This document shows positions 37,583-47,308 of a stretch of DNA of 59,432 nt, piece by piece. Numbering within the stretch: the stretch's first letter is position 1; each line of letters starts with the position of its first letter. The stretch lies in IMG/VR virus record IMGVR_UViG_3300014838_001974, positions 1-59,432 of that record. One strand, written 5' to 3'. Source of the stretch: a virus. Taxonomy: Duplodnaviria; Caudoviricetes. A program made the translations under genes and the position numbers. The notes beneath the pieces are model-generated. The model was not told where the DNA came from and ran no database searches. It saw nothing but the letters and a program-made list of their open reading frames with translations.

Positions 37583-37710
37583 GGGGCCGTTTGATTTCTT
37601 TGATTGTGCTTTGAATAATCAAAGCTCTGGGCTCAGAAAAAAGTTTTGCGCGTGACTATGTGGCGGGTTGCAGGGCGGGTTATTGTAAGGAAATAAACCC
37701 CCTACCCCCT
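37583..37710. promoter_or_regulatory. Probable cos/packaging region
   Basis: Intergenic region between HNH and terS; G-runs after HNH (GGGGGTAGGGGG on -), repeated TTTGATT/TTTGAAT (37590-37616) and inverted AATCAAA (37617-37623). Confidence 0.55.
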
Positions 37711-38028
37711 TGCGCGGTCGAATGCTGCGGACGCTGTCTTCCTGGCATGGCAGAAGGAGCAACGAAGCATGATGTTCACGGGGTCGAGCAGCGCGCCACC
37801 ATCCTTGATCTCTTGGACATGGTCGCCAAAGATGCGGACACCGTCCCGTGGTTTTGAGGGATCGTGCTCAGTATCCTCGCAGCGCCGCCCCCGTTGCCTG
37901 ATGAGCTTTGCTATCAGGGCCTTCCATTCCTTCGACAGATAGAACGGATCGGCTCGCTTCTCGCGAACGACGACCGGGCCGCAATGTGTGGACGGTCGCA
38001 GCTTGCGACCGATGGTACGTAGTTTCAC
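37702..38028 (-). CDS. HNH endonuclease (terminase-associated)
   Basis: FYLSKEWK, GDHVQEIKDGG..LDPVNIMLRCSFCHARKT; upstream of terS. Confidence 0.9.
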   Translation of the reverse strand: MKLRTIGRKLRPSTHCGPVVVREKRADPFYLSKEWKALIAKLIRQRGRRCEDTEHDPSKPRDGVRIFGDHVQEIKDGGALLDPVNIMLRCSFCHARKTASAAFDRARG

Positions 38029-38143
38029 CGGACGCCTTCGGGAAAGATCGGCTCGCCTGCATTGCCGCAGGCGAGCCAGTCTGGGGAGGAAACGCCCAAG
38101 ATGGGCAGCGGCTATTCAAAACGTTTGCCGCACACCCTACGCC

Positions 38144-38182
38144 AAACGAAAACGCCGCCCGCAGCGTGAACTGCGGACGGCG
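38144..38182 (-). terminator. Intrinsic terminator in the late leader (second)
   Basis: CGCCG-T-CCGCAG / CTGCGG-G-CGGCG stem followed by TTTTCGTTT on the - strand. Confidence 0.55.
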
Positions 38183-38216
38183 CGGTATTGCCCTCGGGAA
38201 GATGCTGGTAACCTAT

Positions 38217-38249
38217 CAAAGCAAAAGCCCCGCGCGACGGCGGGGCTTT
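38217..38249 (-). terminator. Intrinsic terminator downstream of the nusG-like gene
   Basis: AAAGCCCCGC-(6 nt)-GCGGGGCTTT stem followed by TGCTTTG on the - strand. Confidence 0.65.
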
Positions 38250-38301
38250 GTGTTCCAATGCAGCAGCAGCCCGGGTGGTTAGGGGGTGGCTGCAGGGGTG
38301 G

Positions 38302-38979
38302 CTAGATCTTTTCGATGTCGGAAAGAGAAAGCACAACCCGTGTCGATCGTCCGAACAGATCGACCAGTAGATGAACGCGAACTGAGTCGTCAAGATCTTC
38401 CAGCGCTGCGTTTACCATTTGCTGGGAATTGAGCACCGGCAATTCCTCGATCGTGCCGGGAAACGAGGCAAACGGCCCGTTGGCGACGCGAACGCGCTCG
38501 CCTAGGATGTAGGGCATTTCGAACAGCCTGGTGACCGCTGGCACCGCGCCGGCGACCTCGAGGCCCTGAATTTCGGCAATCATCTTCCACGGCACTTCGA
38601 CCGGCAGGTTGTTGGCACAGACCAGCCCGCGAATGTGGGTCATCTTGAAGATCTCGCGCCAGCGCTCGCCGGCTTGCGAATAGTCGATGAAGGCATAGCC
38701 GGGAAAAAACGGTTCGATCTTTTCCCGCATCGGTTTGATCGGCGACTTGCGCTGCGCCTTCGAAAGCGTATTGCGCGGCACCGGCTTCAGGCTCCTGATC
38801 AGCGGCCGGTACAACTCGATCTGCAGCCGGCGCAGAAAATCGACGCCCGCGCCGTCAAGACCATCGCTGATCTGCACAAGATGCCAGATTTTCGCGGCTG
38901 GCGACGTCGAGGCACTTTTGGCTGTTTCGACATAACCGACCACCTGGCCTTTTTGGTAACTCTGGTCCCGCACGTTCAT
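38302..38979 (-). CDS. NusG-family (NGN+KOW) transcription antiterminator, probable late-gene regulator
   Basis: EPFFPGYAFI, GERVRVANGPFASFPG and VDLFGRST.V.L motifs; occupies the Q position before the packaging genes. Confidence 0.88.
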   Translation of the reverse strand: MNVRDQSYQKGQVVGYVETAKSASTSPAAKIWHLVQISDGLDGAGVDFLRRLQIELYRPLIRSLKPVPRNTLSKAQRKSPIKPMREKIEPFFPGYAFIDYSQAGERWREIFKMTHIRGLVCANNLPVEVPWKMIAEIQGLEVAGAVPAVTRLFEMPYILGERVRVANGPFASFPGTIEELPVLNSQQMVNAALEDLDDSVRVHLLVDLFGRSTRVVLSLSDIEKI

Positions 38980-39106
38980 GATCAATCTCCAACATCTCGA
39001 TTTCCCCTCGATTTGCTGGCCTTCCGGCAACTGCCGGTCTCACTCACTTCGAAACGGTTCCTGCCGAGAACCGTTTTTGGTTGTTCCAGATCAGAACAAC
39101 CAAACT

Positions 39107-39370
39107 TGGGAGGGTTTGGGAGGGTCACTGACAATCATTTTAGAAACCCTCCCGGTTAGAAACCCTTGGTACACAGGCCGTTCTAAGATCATTTTATCAA
39201 AATGGGTGGATCGGGTGGATTATTGCAGTTCATGTTCCGTGTGCGCCTGCGCCCGCGCGCATGTACATAGAGAAAAATCCACCCAATCCGCCCAACCCTC
39301 CCGAACGCAATCAATTCAACGGCTTATTTTCCAGTTTCCCTCCCGATTTTGGGAGGGTCGGGCGGATCGA
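39107..39370. repeat. Cluster of direct and inverted GGGAGGGT / GGGTGGAT repeats; probable replication-origin iterons
   Basis: TTGGGAGGGT twice at ~39107-39126, AACCCTCCC at ~39145 and ~39294, GGGTGGAT twice at ~39203-39220, inverted ATCCACCC/ATCCGCCC at ~39277-39293, TTGGGAGGGTCGGGCGGAT at ~39349; downstream of the helicase gene. Confidence 0.55.
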
Positions 39371-39776
39371 TCGGAGGTGGAAGCGTGCGATCCAACTTTT
39401 GCCGTGCACATTGCTGGTTGAAAACAATGGCCGGATCGACGTCCGGGTCATCGTCGCTGCAAAAATGAGAAGTCATTTCGAGGATGATGATGTCGCGCAC
39501 CCGCGTCGCATAGTGAAACCATTCTCCGTGCGAGTGGTGCTGCTCTATGCGCTTGTGAATGGCTCTTTCCCTCCGCTCGTTGCCGTCCAGCTCTGCTATC
39601 AGCTCCAGCCGCGTAGGCGAGCCGACCTGAAGGGTCGCCAGGCGTTTCTGCGGCCGGAGCGCCACCCCGCATTTTACCAGGCCAGTGGTCTTGCAGAGGA
39701 TGAAATAGACTTTGACGCGAAGCTCTCGCCCGTCGGGCTTGAGCACTTGAACGCGTCGTTTTTCAGAACTCGACAT
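39324..39776 (-). CDS. GIY-YIG / T5orf172-like protein
   Basis: VYFI...VKCGVA..PQKRLATLQVGSP..LELI...ERAIH...GEWF. Confidence 0.8.
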   Translation of the reverse strand: MSSSEKRRVQVLKPDGRELRVKVYFILCKTTGLVKCGVALRPQKRLATLQVGSPTRLELIAELDGNERRERAIHKRIEQHHSHGEWFHYATRVRDIIILEMTSHFCSDDDPDVDPAIVFNQQCARQKLDRTLPPPIDPPDPPKIGRETGK

Positions 39777-41997
39777 CGCCCACATCCTTCTCTGCAGCCT
39801 TCTTGCCGTTCTGGTCGATCTTCACCGGTTGACCGTCGCTGTCGACGAAGTCATGCACATACCGAATCAGCTTGATGTCAACGAACCACGTGACATCGGA
39901 ATGCTTGCGTTTATAACCGCGCTCTTCCATCGCGAGCGAGAAGCCTTTTTGCTTCCATGCCGTTTCGCCGGACGATTTGCACCAGGCTTCGAACACCTGA
40001 TAGAGCACGCTCGACTGCACGCGCTCGCCGGGACTGTCTTCGACGCACATCGACAGAAAGCGACCGAGCGGATCGGACGACGAGCGGTATTCGGCGGTCG
40101 CCTGCGTCACCGCTTCCGGCTCGATCAGCCCCTTGTCGCACCATAGGCGCAGGCCATCGAGCAGCCGGTTGAGAATACCGCTCGCCTCGGCGCGTAGCTT
40201 TTCCGGCAGGTGGATGTCGCGCTCTTCCTTGGGGATGGTGACATTGAACGGCACCTGCCGCAGCCGGCGCCAGATCCCTTCATCGGCGCCGGAAATGCCG
40301 GGGCGGTAATTGCCGGAGATCGTCATCTTGAACTGCGGATAGAACTTGAAGAAATCGCGGTTGAGGTGCCGCGCCTGGATCGGTTCGCCGCCAGTGATCA
40401 GCTTGAGCATGGCTTCCGCGAGCCGCGAATTCTTTTCCGGCTCCGAGGTCCGCAACATCCGAACGCCGGGCAGGATGGCGAGATCCGGCGTCGCTTGGCC
40501 GGCGTTGCGCGATTTACCGTGGTCGAGGAAGGTCTCGATCGGCACCGTCTCGCCATAGTCGCCGGCGACGTAGGACACCACGTCGACCAGCACCGATTTG
40601 CCGTTGGCACCCTTGCCGTAGAGAAACATCAGTTTCTGCTCGGTGACGTCGCCGGTCAGCGACAGGCCGAACCATTGATGCAGGAAAACCCGCATCGGCT
40701 CCAGCGGTTGCACGCGCCCGATGAACTTGTCGTAAAGCGGGCATTCGGCTTTCGGATCGTAATCGACCGGCGAAATCTTGGTGATGAGATCGCCCGGATC
40801 GTGCGTCTGGAAGCTGACGTAATCGCCATCGCTCTTCCGCGCCACCACCAGCGTGCCGTTATTAACGTTGATCTTCATCTTGTCGGCATCGAGCTTTTCG
40901 ACGCCGATCGCGAAATACGGCGCGCCGCGCTTGGACAGCGCGCCGAGCTTGTTGAGCGCTTCCGAGGCGCGGCCCCAGCTCGCGATCTTGTCGGAATACA
41001 TCGTCTTGTTGCCGTCGCGATCGGTCTTGAACACAAAATCGCGCGCGCCGGTCGGGTGTGAGATCGCATCCTTGTCGCCGCTTTCGCGAACCTCGTCCGC
41101 CTCGTCCTGAATCGCGCGCACCGTGTCATGTTCGGCGATCTTGACCAGATCGTCGGCGCCGTCGCGGCTCCAGCGCTTGCCGTCCCAGGCGAGCCAGCCC
41201 AGCGCCGGGCACCACAGCAACTTATCGAGATAGCGCTCACGAAACCGTTCGGCATTGCCGAGGTCGGTGAGCGGGAAAAAAGCCAGCCGCATGTTGCGAC
41301 GTCGTTCGGTTTCCACAGCGCGTGGCGGCTTGCCTTTTCCATTGGCGCCATTTGCTGACGACGTCGCGCTCGCTCCGTCGGCTCGGGCGCTCCCCCCTGC
41401 ACCCCCCGCAGCAGAAGCATCCGGCGACAATGCTCCCGTTTGGGAGGGTATGTCCGATTCGCCTCCCTCGTTGGGGGGCGCGGGGGCGGCGACAAAAAAG
41501 GACGACGACAATGGCGCCGAAACATCCGCGGCCTGGTCGACAACGGAGGAAGGAACATGGTCGGCCGCTTCACGCGGCCGCCTTTCTGAATGAGGTGCAC
41601 GAAGCGTCGCAAGAGCGACGCCGCGCACCTCCGATAGATCGCGAGGCTGTTTCTTGCCGAGCTTCACGCCGTCCGCGATCGTCTTTTTGACCGCCTTCAA
41701 ACCGTCGTCGCGGATCAGGCCGCACGCGCCGGCGCCCTCCACCAGCATCTCCCTGGCAAAGCCCTCGTTCAGCGCGCCGGCGGCCGCGAGCTGGCCCAGG
41801 CGCTGCGCGGCGCCCGACAGCACCAGGCCCCTCGCCTCATCGGTGGCCTCGCGCACAGCTAAGATCGCCGCGTCGAGCTCGGCGAGGCCGAGCCGGCGGA
41901 TCGCCTCGGCGCGAGCTGCCGGATCCTCCGGCGGAGCGTCGACGAAGATTGGCGCCGCGTCGACGATCGCTAGGATGGCATTGGCGCCGGCGTTCAT
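39763..41997 (-). CDS. P4-family phage/plasmid primase-helicase (D5-like SF3 helicase)
   Basis: TDLGNAERF, INVNNG, Walker A YGKGANGKS, KLITGGEPIQARHL and DEGIWRR. Confidence 0.92.
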   Translation of the reverse strand: MNAGANAILAIVDAAPIFVDAPPEDPAARAEAIRRLGLAELDAAILAVREATDEARGLVLSGAAQRLGQLAAAGALNEGFAREMLVEGAGACGLIRDDGLKAVKKTIADGVKLGKKQPRDLSEVRGVALATLRAPHSERRPREAADHVPSSVVDQAADVSAPLSSSFFVAAPAPPNEGGESDIPSQTGALSPDASAAGGAGGSARADGASATSSANGANGKGKPPRAVETERRRNMRLAFFPLTDLGNAERFRERYLDKLLWCPALGWLAWDGKRWSRDGADDLVKIAEHDTVRAIQDEADEVRESGDKDAISHPTGARDFVFKTDRDGNKTMYSDKIASWGRASEALNKLGALSKRGAPYFAIGVEKLDADKMKINVNNGTLVVARKSDGDYVSFQTHDPGDLITKISPVDYDPKAECPLYDKFIGRVQPLEPMRVFLHQWFGLSLTGDVTEQKLMFLYGKGANGKSVLVDVVSYVAGDYGETVPIETFLDHGKSRNAGQATPDLAILPGVRMLRTSEPEKNSRLAEAMLKLITGGEPIQARHLNRDFFKFYPQFKMTISGNYRPGISGADEGIWRRLRQVPFNVTIPKEERDIHLPEKLRAEASGILNRLLDGLRLWCDKGLIEPEAVTQATAEYRSSSDPLGRFLSMCVEDSPGERVQSSVLYQVFEAWCKSSGETAWKQKGFSLAMEERGYKRKHSDVTWFVDIKLIRYVHDFVDSDGQPVKIDQNGKKAAEKDVGDVEF

Positions 41998-42767
41998 GCG
42001 GCGACCCACTGATCGCGGCCGACGCTCTTGCCGGCTCCGCGTTGAAGCGTCTGTCTTAGCTTGGCCTGCCAGTTGGGATTCGATTTGGTGCGAGGATGAT
42101 CTCGAAACGCTCGATAGAGTTCCGAAACCGCGACAGGACCGTCGTGCGCAGCCAATATGTCCGCGACGAGTTCCCGCCAGGTCGCGTCGCTAAACGCATC
42201 GATCAAAACGAACCGCTGAAATAGCAGCGGATCGAAACGGCCGAACAAGCCTTTGCCGAGTTCGGCTCCCTCGAATGGCGCTGGCAGAGCGGAAAGCGCG
42301 TCGCTGTCCTCAAAGCCGAAAGCCGCCAGCACAACTGGCGCGCCTGAATTCGCGCTTTTGCCGAAATATTTTGATGTCGGTTTAGTAATGATCTGCGGCG
42401 ACCCGTCCCGCCGGCAGAAAATCACCCGGCCGGCGATCCAAAACAGCGCTGTTGCGCTGTCGCGCATGATATTGAACCAATCGGTCTCAGTCCGCGCGTG
42501 CACCAGGATGATGCCGCGATTGTGAGCCGCCATTCGACGAATCCACGCGGCAATCTGGAAACGATGAAACGGCGGGTTTAGCCAAACTCGATCGAACCAG
42601 GGCAGTTTCAAACCATCGTCGGCTTCCGTATAGGTCACGCTCGCCGTGTCCCAAGGCCGGGGATCGTTGCCACAGGGATCGAGATCGAATTTACCCAACG
42701 GGTCAAGAATGCGCCGCGGCGTCAGATGAACCTGGCTCTTTCCAATGGGCGTCTGATGCATACTCAC
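41994..42767 (-). CDS. Phage DNA N6-adenine methyltransferase (Dam-like)
   Basis: TP..I, FDLDPC, DGL..PW..RVWLNPPF and ARTETDWF motifs. Confidence 0.85.
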   Translation of the reverse strand: MSMHQTPIGKSQVHLTPRRILDPLGKFDLDPCGNDPRPWDTASVTYTEADDGLKLPWFDRVWLNPPFHRFQIAAWIRRMAAHNRGIILVHARTETDWFNIMRDSATALFWIAGRVIFCRRDGSPQIITKPTSKYFGKSANSGAPVVLAAFGFEDSDALSALPAPFEGAELGKGLFGRFDPLLFQRFVLIDAFSDATWRELVADILAAHDGPVAVSELYRAFRDHPRTKSNPNWQAKLRQTLQRGAGKSVGRDQWVAA

Positions 42768-43984
42768 GCCGCCTCGCCCCGCAGCACATCGTTAAAATCC
42801 CGCCCCGCCGGCGCGAACGCGATCCGAATGCTGCGGCCGAGCTTTGCGTAGCGGCGCGCCGCCCGCTCCATCGCGCATTCGGTCAACAGCGGCTCGCTGT
42901 CGCCGTCGCCGAGCAGGATCAGTTCCTCGACGCTGTCAGGAATCGACAAACCAATGTCGTCCGGATCCGGATAGCGATCGGGCACCGTCATGGCGCGCCC
43001 GTTCGGCCGCTTCAGGGTCGGGTGCGGAATGGCGCGGATCGCCCGGCCGGCGAGATTGCCAAGGTCGCCGGCGGCCCAGAATTCGGTGTCGGTCGTGGCG
43101 CGGCCGGCAATCTTGAAGGCCGTCCATACCGCCAGCACGGTCTCGATCCCTTCGCCGATGATCAGCGCTCGCGGCGAGGGATTCAGCGACGTCACCGTGA
43201 TATGGGCGCCGCTTTTAGAACCGCGCATCTTTTTCGAATTCAGCACCTCGCCGGTCGCGGGATCCGCAAGTTCGATCTTGCGGAACAGCCGCAAGGTCTG
43301 CTGCTCGGCCTCGACGAATTCAAGCTGGGCGCCGTAATCTTCCAGCCAGGTCGTATGCAGGCCGCCGAAGGTGCCGTCGGCGCGGATGAAGGCGCCGAGC
43401 ATCGCGGGGCCGGCATGGATCTGCCGCGGCGACGTGTGGCCCCTCGAATCGATCACCTCGCCATGCCAGTACGGCGCCGCGGGCAGATAGCGCAGGCCTG
43501 GGCATGATGCCGGCAGCTGCAGGCCGCGGCCTCTGAGATAGCCCTCGACCGGCGTTCCGGCGAGATCCTTGACGGCCGACTTCCACATCCGGTTGAGGCG
43601 CTTGCGCTCGGCCTCGCGATACCCCGCGGCGGTTTTTTCGCGCTGCAGGCGCTTGCGCTCCCGCTCCTCGAACAGCTTCTGGGCGGCCGCCGGATCCGGC
43701 GTAGCGCGACCGCCGAGCCGCTCGATGCTGCCGAGGAAATCGCAACCCTCGACCAGCTGCACCAGGCGGATGACGTCGCCGCCGTCCTGACAGACCGCGC
43801 AGACCCAGCTCTCGCCATTGTCGAGGATCTCGAAGCGCTGCGACGTCACCCGGCCGCCGCAGATCGGGCACGGGCCGACCAGGCGGCCGCCGACGCGGCG
43901 CAGCTTGACATAGCCGCCGGCGATGTCGGCCAGCGGATTGCGCGCCTTGATGTCGTCGAGGTCCTGCGGGGTGAAGCGGCTCAC
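42764..43984 (-). CDS. DNA primase (CHC2-like zinc finger + Toprim)
   Basis: GPCPICGG...WVCAVC.DGGDVI; YLRGRG; IIGEGIET; LLGDGD. Confidence 0.88.
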   Translation of the reverse strand: MSRFTPQDLDDIKARNPLADIAGGYVKLRRVGGRLVGPCPICGGRVTSQRFEILDNGESWVCAVCQDGGDVIRLVQLVEGCDFLGSIERLGGRATPDPAAAQKLFEERERKRLQREKTAAGYREAERKRLNRMWKSAVKDLAGTPVEGYLRGRGLQLPASCPGLRYLPAAPYWHGEVIDSRGHTSPRQIHAGPAMLGAFIRADGTFGGLHTTWLEDYGAQLEFVEAEQQTLRLFRKIELADPATGEVLNSKKMRGSKSGAHITVTSLNPSPRALIIGEGIETVLAVWTAFKIAGRATTDTEFWAAGDLGNLAGRAIRAIPHPTLKRPNGRAMTVPDRYPDPDDIGLSIPDSVEELILLGDGDSEPLLTECAMERAARRYAKLGRSIRIAFAPAGRDFNDVLRGEAA

Positions 43985-44172
43985 GACAGTGGCCCTTCGT
44001 TGAATTCGTGGACGATCCGTTCGGCTTCTTCCCGGAGCGCGTGCAGAGACACGATCGTGGCGACCAAGCCGTCGCCCTCGCGCGCGGTGATATCAACGCT
44101 CAAGACAGCGAACGGCTCGGGCGAGGGATTCCGAAGTTCGCAAAGCACATACCAAATCGTGCGCGCAGTCAT
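43981..44172 (-). CDS. Hypothetical protein
   Basis: 4-nt overlaps with both neighbours. Confidence 0.6.
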   Translation of the reverse strand: MTARTIWYVLCELRNPSPEPFAVLSVDITAREGDGLVATIVSLHALREEAERIVHEFNEGPLS

Positions 44173-44474
44173 GACGCAGCCGCCTCCGCGTCGACGGCGA
44201 CATCCTTGTCGGGATCGAGCGGACGAACCTCCGGGATCGGCGATGTCCGGCGCAACGCCGCCAGCACGCGCTCGTATAGGACGTCATCGCTATGGATCAC
44301 GTCGATCAGACGCACCATGCCTATAAAGTCGTCGCGCAGCTCGACCTGGTTCGGCATCGGTTCTTTCAGCATGCCGCAGCGGACGCGGCCGTCCTGGCTG
44401 ATCTCGATCCGTTCGGCCTCGAGCATCGCGGTGCGCTGCATCCGGGCGAGCGATGTTTTGCCGGGCGGCTTCAT
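44169..44474 (-). CDS. Hypothetical protein
   Basis: ATGA-coupled chain. Confidence 0.6.
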   Translation of the reverse strand: MKPPGKTSLARMQRTAMLEAERIEISQDGRVRCGMLKEPMPNQVELRDDFIGMVRLIDVIHSDDVLYERVLAALRRTSPIPEVRPLDPDKDVAVDAEAAAS

Positions 44475-44992
44475 GGTGTCTCCGAACCAACGTCAATGGA
44501 GAGCTCCGCTTCAACTGCCTGAAATTCGGCTGACAGAATCTCAATCAGAATATCGCGCTGATACTCGAACAGCGGAGCAACGATCTGGCCGGCATTTTCG
44601 CGAAGCGAGCCGAGATCGGTCACCAAATCGCGGCAAGCCAGCGCGTGCACCCAGGTCCCACGTGCCAGTTCCCGCGGCGACACCGCTGGTGGCGCGACGC
44701 GTTCCGGAACGACAGGCGCTGGTTCGGCGAAGAGATCCTGCTGCGGCGAGACTTTTTCCAGAACAAGCTGGGTTCGGTAATGCTCAAAATTCTCATGGAT
44801 CGAGCGCTCGATCTCGAGGGATGCCTCATTTTTCAGGTCCAGCGCATCGTCCGCATGATCGACCGCGCCGCAGAGGCTCGCGCAAAGCAGTTCGCGCAGC
44901 GCGACAATCGAATGAACGAACAGCTCGCCCTTGATCAAGAGGGCGACGGAATCGAAGATACGCTGAACTTCGGGGTCTGTTATATCGGTCAT
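44471..44992 (-). CDS. Hypothetical protein
   Basis: Start MTDITDPEV overlapping the upstream stop (ATGA). Confidence 0.55.
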   Translation of the reverse strand: MTDITDPEVQRIFDSVALLIKGELFVHSIVALRELLCASLCGAVDHADDALDLKNEASLEIERSIHENFEHYRTQLVLEKVSPQQDLFAEPAPVVPERVAPPAVSPRELARGTWVHALACRDLVTDLGSLRENAGQIVAPLFEYQRDILIEILSAEFQAVEAELSIDVGSETP

Positions 44993-45327
44993 GTCGCTCC
45001 ACCCCTCCCTGTTGCCCGCGCCGGCGACGACGAAGCCGTCGCGCCGGTCGCGTCGGGCATGACGCCAAGGGGCGTCAGCCCGGCCGCATTGAGCCAGTCG
45101 TTGATTTTCTCGATCGCCTGGTGCCGGGCGTCCTCGATGCTGCGCGCCGGCATCCAGGCGCTCGAGGACGCGTAGGGAAGGCTGATCCGGAAGCACACCG
45201 GATATTGCGAGCGCGGATCGTGCACCGGTCCGACCTCGCCGACCGGAATCCGGCCCAGCACGATCTGTTCACGCCCGGGCGATAGCGGCCGGAACGCCAC
45301 TATGCCGTCGTGTAACTCCCCTGCCAT
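44989..45327 (-). CDS. Hypothetical protein
   Basis: ORF in the coupled early operon. Confidence 0.55.
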   Translation of the reverse strand: MAGELHDGIVAFRPLSPGREQIVLGRIPVGEVGPVHDPRSQYPVCFRISLPYASSSAWMPARSIEDARHQAIEKINDWLNAAGLTPLGVMPDATGATASSSPARATGRGGAT

Positions 45328-45418
45328 GTGATGCGTCCGGTTGGAGCTGCTGCCGATCAGGCCGCTTTCTTTTTCGCGGCGGTCTTTTTCGCGGGCTTCT
45401 CGATCGCGGCCGCCTGCT

Positions 45419-47278
45419 TCACCGGCGGCTTGGACCTGGATGGCGTTTCGCGGCCGATTGCGCCGGCGTTGGCACTTTCATCAATTTGTCGGCCGCATCG
45501 ATCGCCGCCCGCGCTGCGCTGGGCTTGTAATGCTCCGAGCCGGGCCCGGCGTAATGCACAGTGCGCAATTCCTTCGGCAACCAGCCGGTCGGGCCGAGGT
45601 TGGCGAGCGCGAACTTCCAGATCTCGGCCTTGGTCTTACCGGCGACCTTGCGGGCTTCGTCCGGGTTGATTGCTTCCGCGATCGCCTTCAGCACGATGCC
45701 CTTCGGCACCGAGGAAAAATAATTCTCGGCATCGAAGCGTTTGGCCAGCGCCGTGTTGAACACGCCGGCATTGAGCGCCTGCCGGATGCTCGGCAGTTTG
45801 GTTCGCACCGCGTCGGGCATGTGAAACGGCCGATCGGGAATGATCTGCGCGCAAATGGTCCTGGCCAGCGTCTCGAACAGTACGGAACGGGCGAGCTCGG
45901 GCTCGCCCGCGATCGCATCGCGGGTTGCCGCCGCCAGCTGCGCCTCCAAACGGTCCCTCAGCGCGTTGGAAAGCGTGGTCGACTCGGGTGCCGGCTTGCC
46001 GGAAGCCGCGGCGGCTTTCTTGACCGCCTTCGCGGTCTCGCGCTTCACCGCTTTCGTTTCCTCCACAGCGGCCTGTTTCTGCGCCGGCTTGACGCGGCCA
46101 TATTCGACATCAAGAAATCCGTCGCCGTCGATGCTGACGAAGCAGCCGGCCTTCGCCATCAACTTCGGTGGATAGCTGCGCAGTTCGATCGCCTCAACGA
46201 GATCCCAATAAGCCAGATAGGCCGCCTGTTGCGCGGTCGTCAGTTCGGCGAACGAATCAGCACCATAATGGCCGTCGCCCCGATGGGTACCGACGTTGAA
46301 GACGGCGTTGAGTTCGGCCAGCTTCCGTTGCTCTTCCTCCGTGGCGGGCGGTTCGACCTTCAATCTGCCGTAGTCGTACTGATTGCGGACGCTGTCGTGA
46401 ATTGAAGCAAAGCTCCAGCCCTGCTCTTTCAGGCGTTTGCACTCGGCCTCCAGCCGTTCGATAGCCAGCTTCTTGGCAAGCTTGGCATCGGATACCTTGT
46501 GATCGGTCCCGAACAGATCAAGCGTCACCTTGCCACCGGCATTGACATAAACCTCGATCCCGACGAATTCGACCAGCGTACCGGAATTGTCCTGGCCGAT
46601 CTTGAGGGCTTCCTTGACTTCGTCACCGTCGACGTCGATCAGATCGCAGCCGCGGCCCGTCTCGGCGTCATTCCGGAGATCGTCGAGCACCTTGTCCTGG
46701 GTCTTGTGGTCCGGCGCCAGGGTGAAGGCCTTGGCGGCTTCCGTCTTGATCTCGCCCTTGCGCCAGGCATCGCGTATATTCGCCGACAGATGCCCGAGCG
46801 CCAGCGCCTGCTCGACTTCGCGCTCGCTCATGCCATACTGCCGCGCGATCTCTTCCACCGTCTTGTCGTGGCGATCGCGCAGCCGTGCGAACGCCTCATA
46901 CTGGTCGACCGGATGCAACTGCCGCGCGGTGACCGCCGTGGTCAGCGAATCCTCAAACGCGCCGGCCTCGTCGACGTCGCGCAGCGTGCAGCGGATCGGC
47001 TGCGGACTGCTCTCGCCGTAGATCAGATGGAAGGCGGCCAGGCGCCGGTTGCCGTTGCTCACCGAATAGACGTCGCAAGTACCTGTCCAGTCCTCCGGCA
47101 GCGGCAATCCATTGTCCTCGCCGAAATACTTGATCACGAGGTTTTCGATCTGGCCGCGGGCGTGAAGATTCGCCGCCAGTTCGGGGATGCTTTCCTGCCG
47201 GCCGGTGACGCGGGCGTTGATGCCGGCGCCGTCTTCCTGGCCAAACTTCAGTCGATTGAGCGGAACTTCAAAATCCAT
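45419..47278 (-). CDS. ParB/RepB/Spo0J-family protein
   Basis: Start MDFEVPLNRL after a GGAG SD; LAANLHARGQIENLV, GNRRLAA, RQLHPVDQYEAF and HTH TVEEIARQYG. Confidence 0.85.
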   Translation of the reverse strand: MDFEVPLNRLKFGQEDGAGINARVTGRQESIPELAANLHARGQIENLVIKYFGEDNGLPLPEDWTGTCDVYSVSNGNRRLAAFHLIYGESSPQPIRCTLRDVDEAGAFEDSLTTAVTARQLHPVDQYEAFARLRDRHDKTVEEIARQYGMSEREVEQALALGHLSANIRDAWRKGEIKTEAAKAFTLAPDHKTQDKVLDDLRNDAETGRGCDLIDVDGDEVKEALKIGQDNSGTLVEFVGIEVYVNAGGKVTLDLFGTDHKVSDAKLAKKLAIERLEAECKRLKEQGWSFASIHDSVRNQYDYGRLKVEPPATEEEQRKLAELNAVFNVGTHRGDGHYGADSFAELTTAQQAAYLAYWDLVEAIELRSYPPKLMAKAGCFVSIDGDGFLDVEYGRVKPAQKQAAVEETKAVKRETAKAVKKAAAASGKPAPESTTLSNALRDRLEAQLAAATRDAIAGEPELARSVLFETLARTICAQIIPDRPFHMPDAVRTKLPSIRQALNAGVFNTALAKRFDAENYFSSVPKGIVLKAIAEAINPDEARKVAGKTKAEIWKFALANLGPTGWLPKELRTVHYAGPGSEHYKPSAARAAIDAADKLMKVPTPAQSAAKRHPGPSRR

Positions 47279-47308
47279 TGTGGGTCTCCATCGTTGAAAA
47301 AAGCAAGG

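Noticed and set aside
39107-39370. CRISPR array
   Set aside because: Repeats are 8-10 bp, mixed in orientation and irregularly spaced; no cas genes.
10280-44474. Other proteins ending in Ala-Ala (endolysin, Dam-like methylase, primase) as SsrA mimics
   Set aside because: They lack the ANDN-like upstream element. A terminal AA alone is common in alphaproteobacterial proteins, although it may still act as a ClpXP signal.
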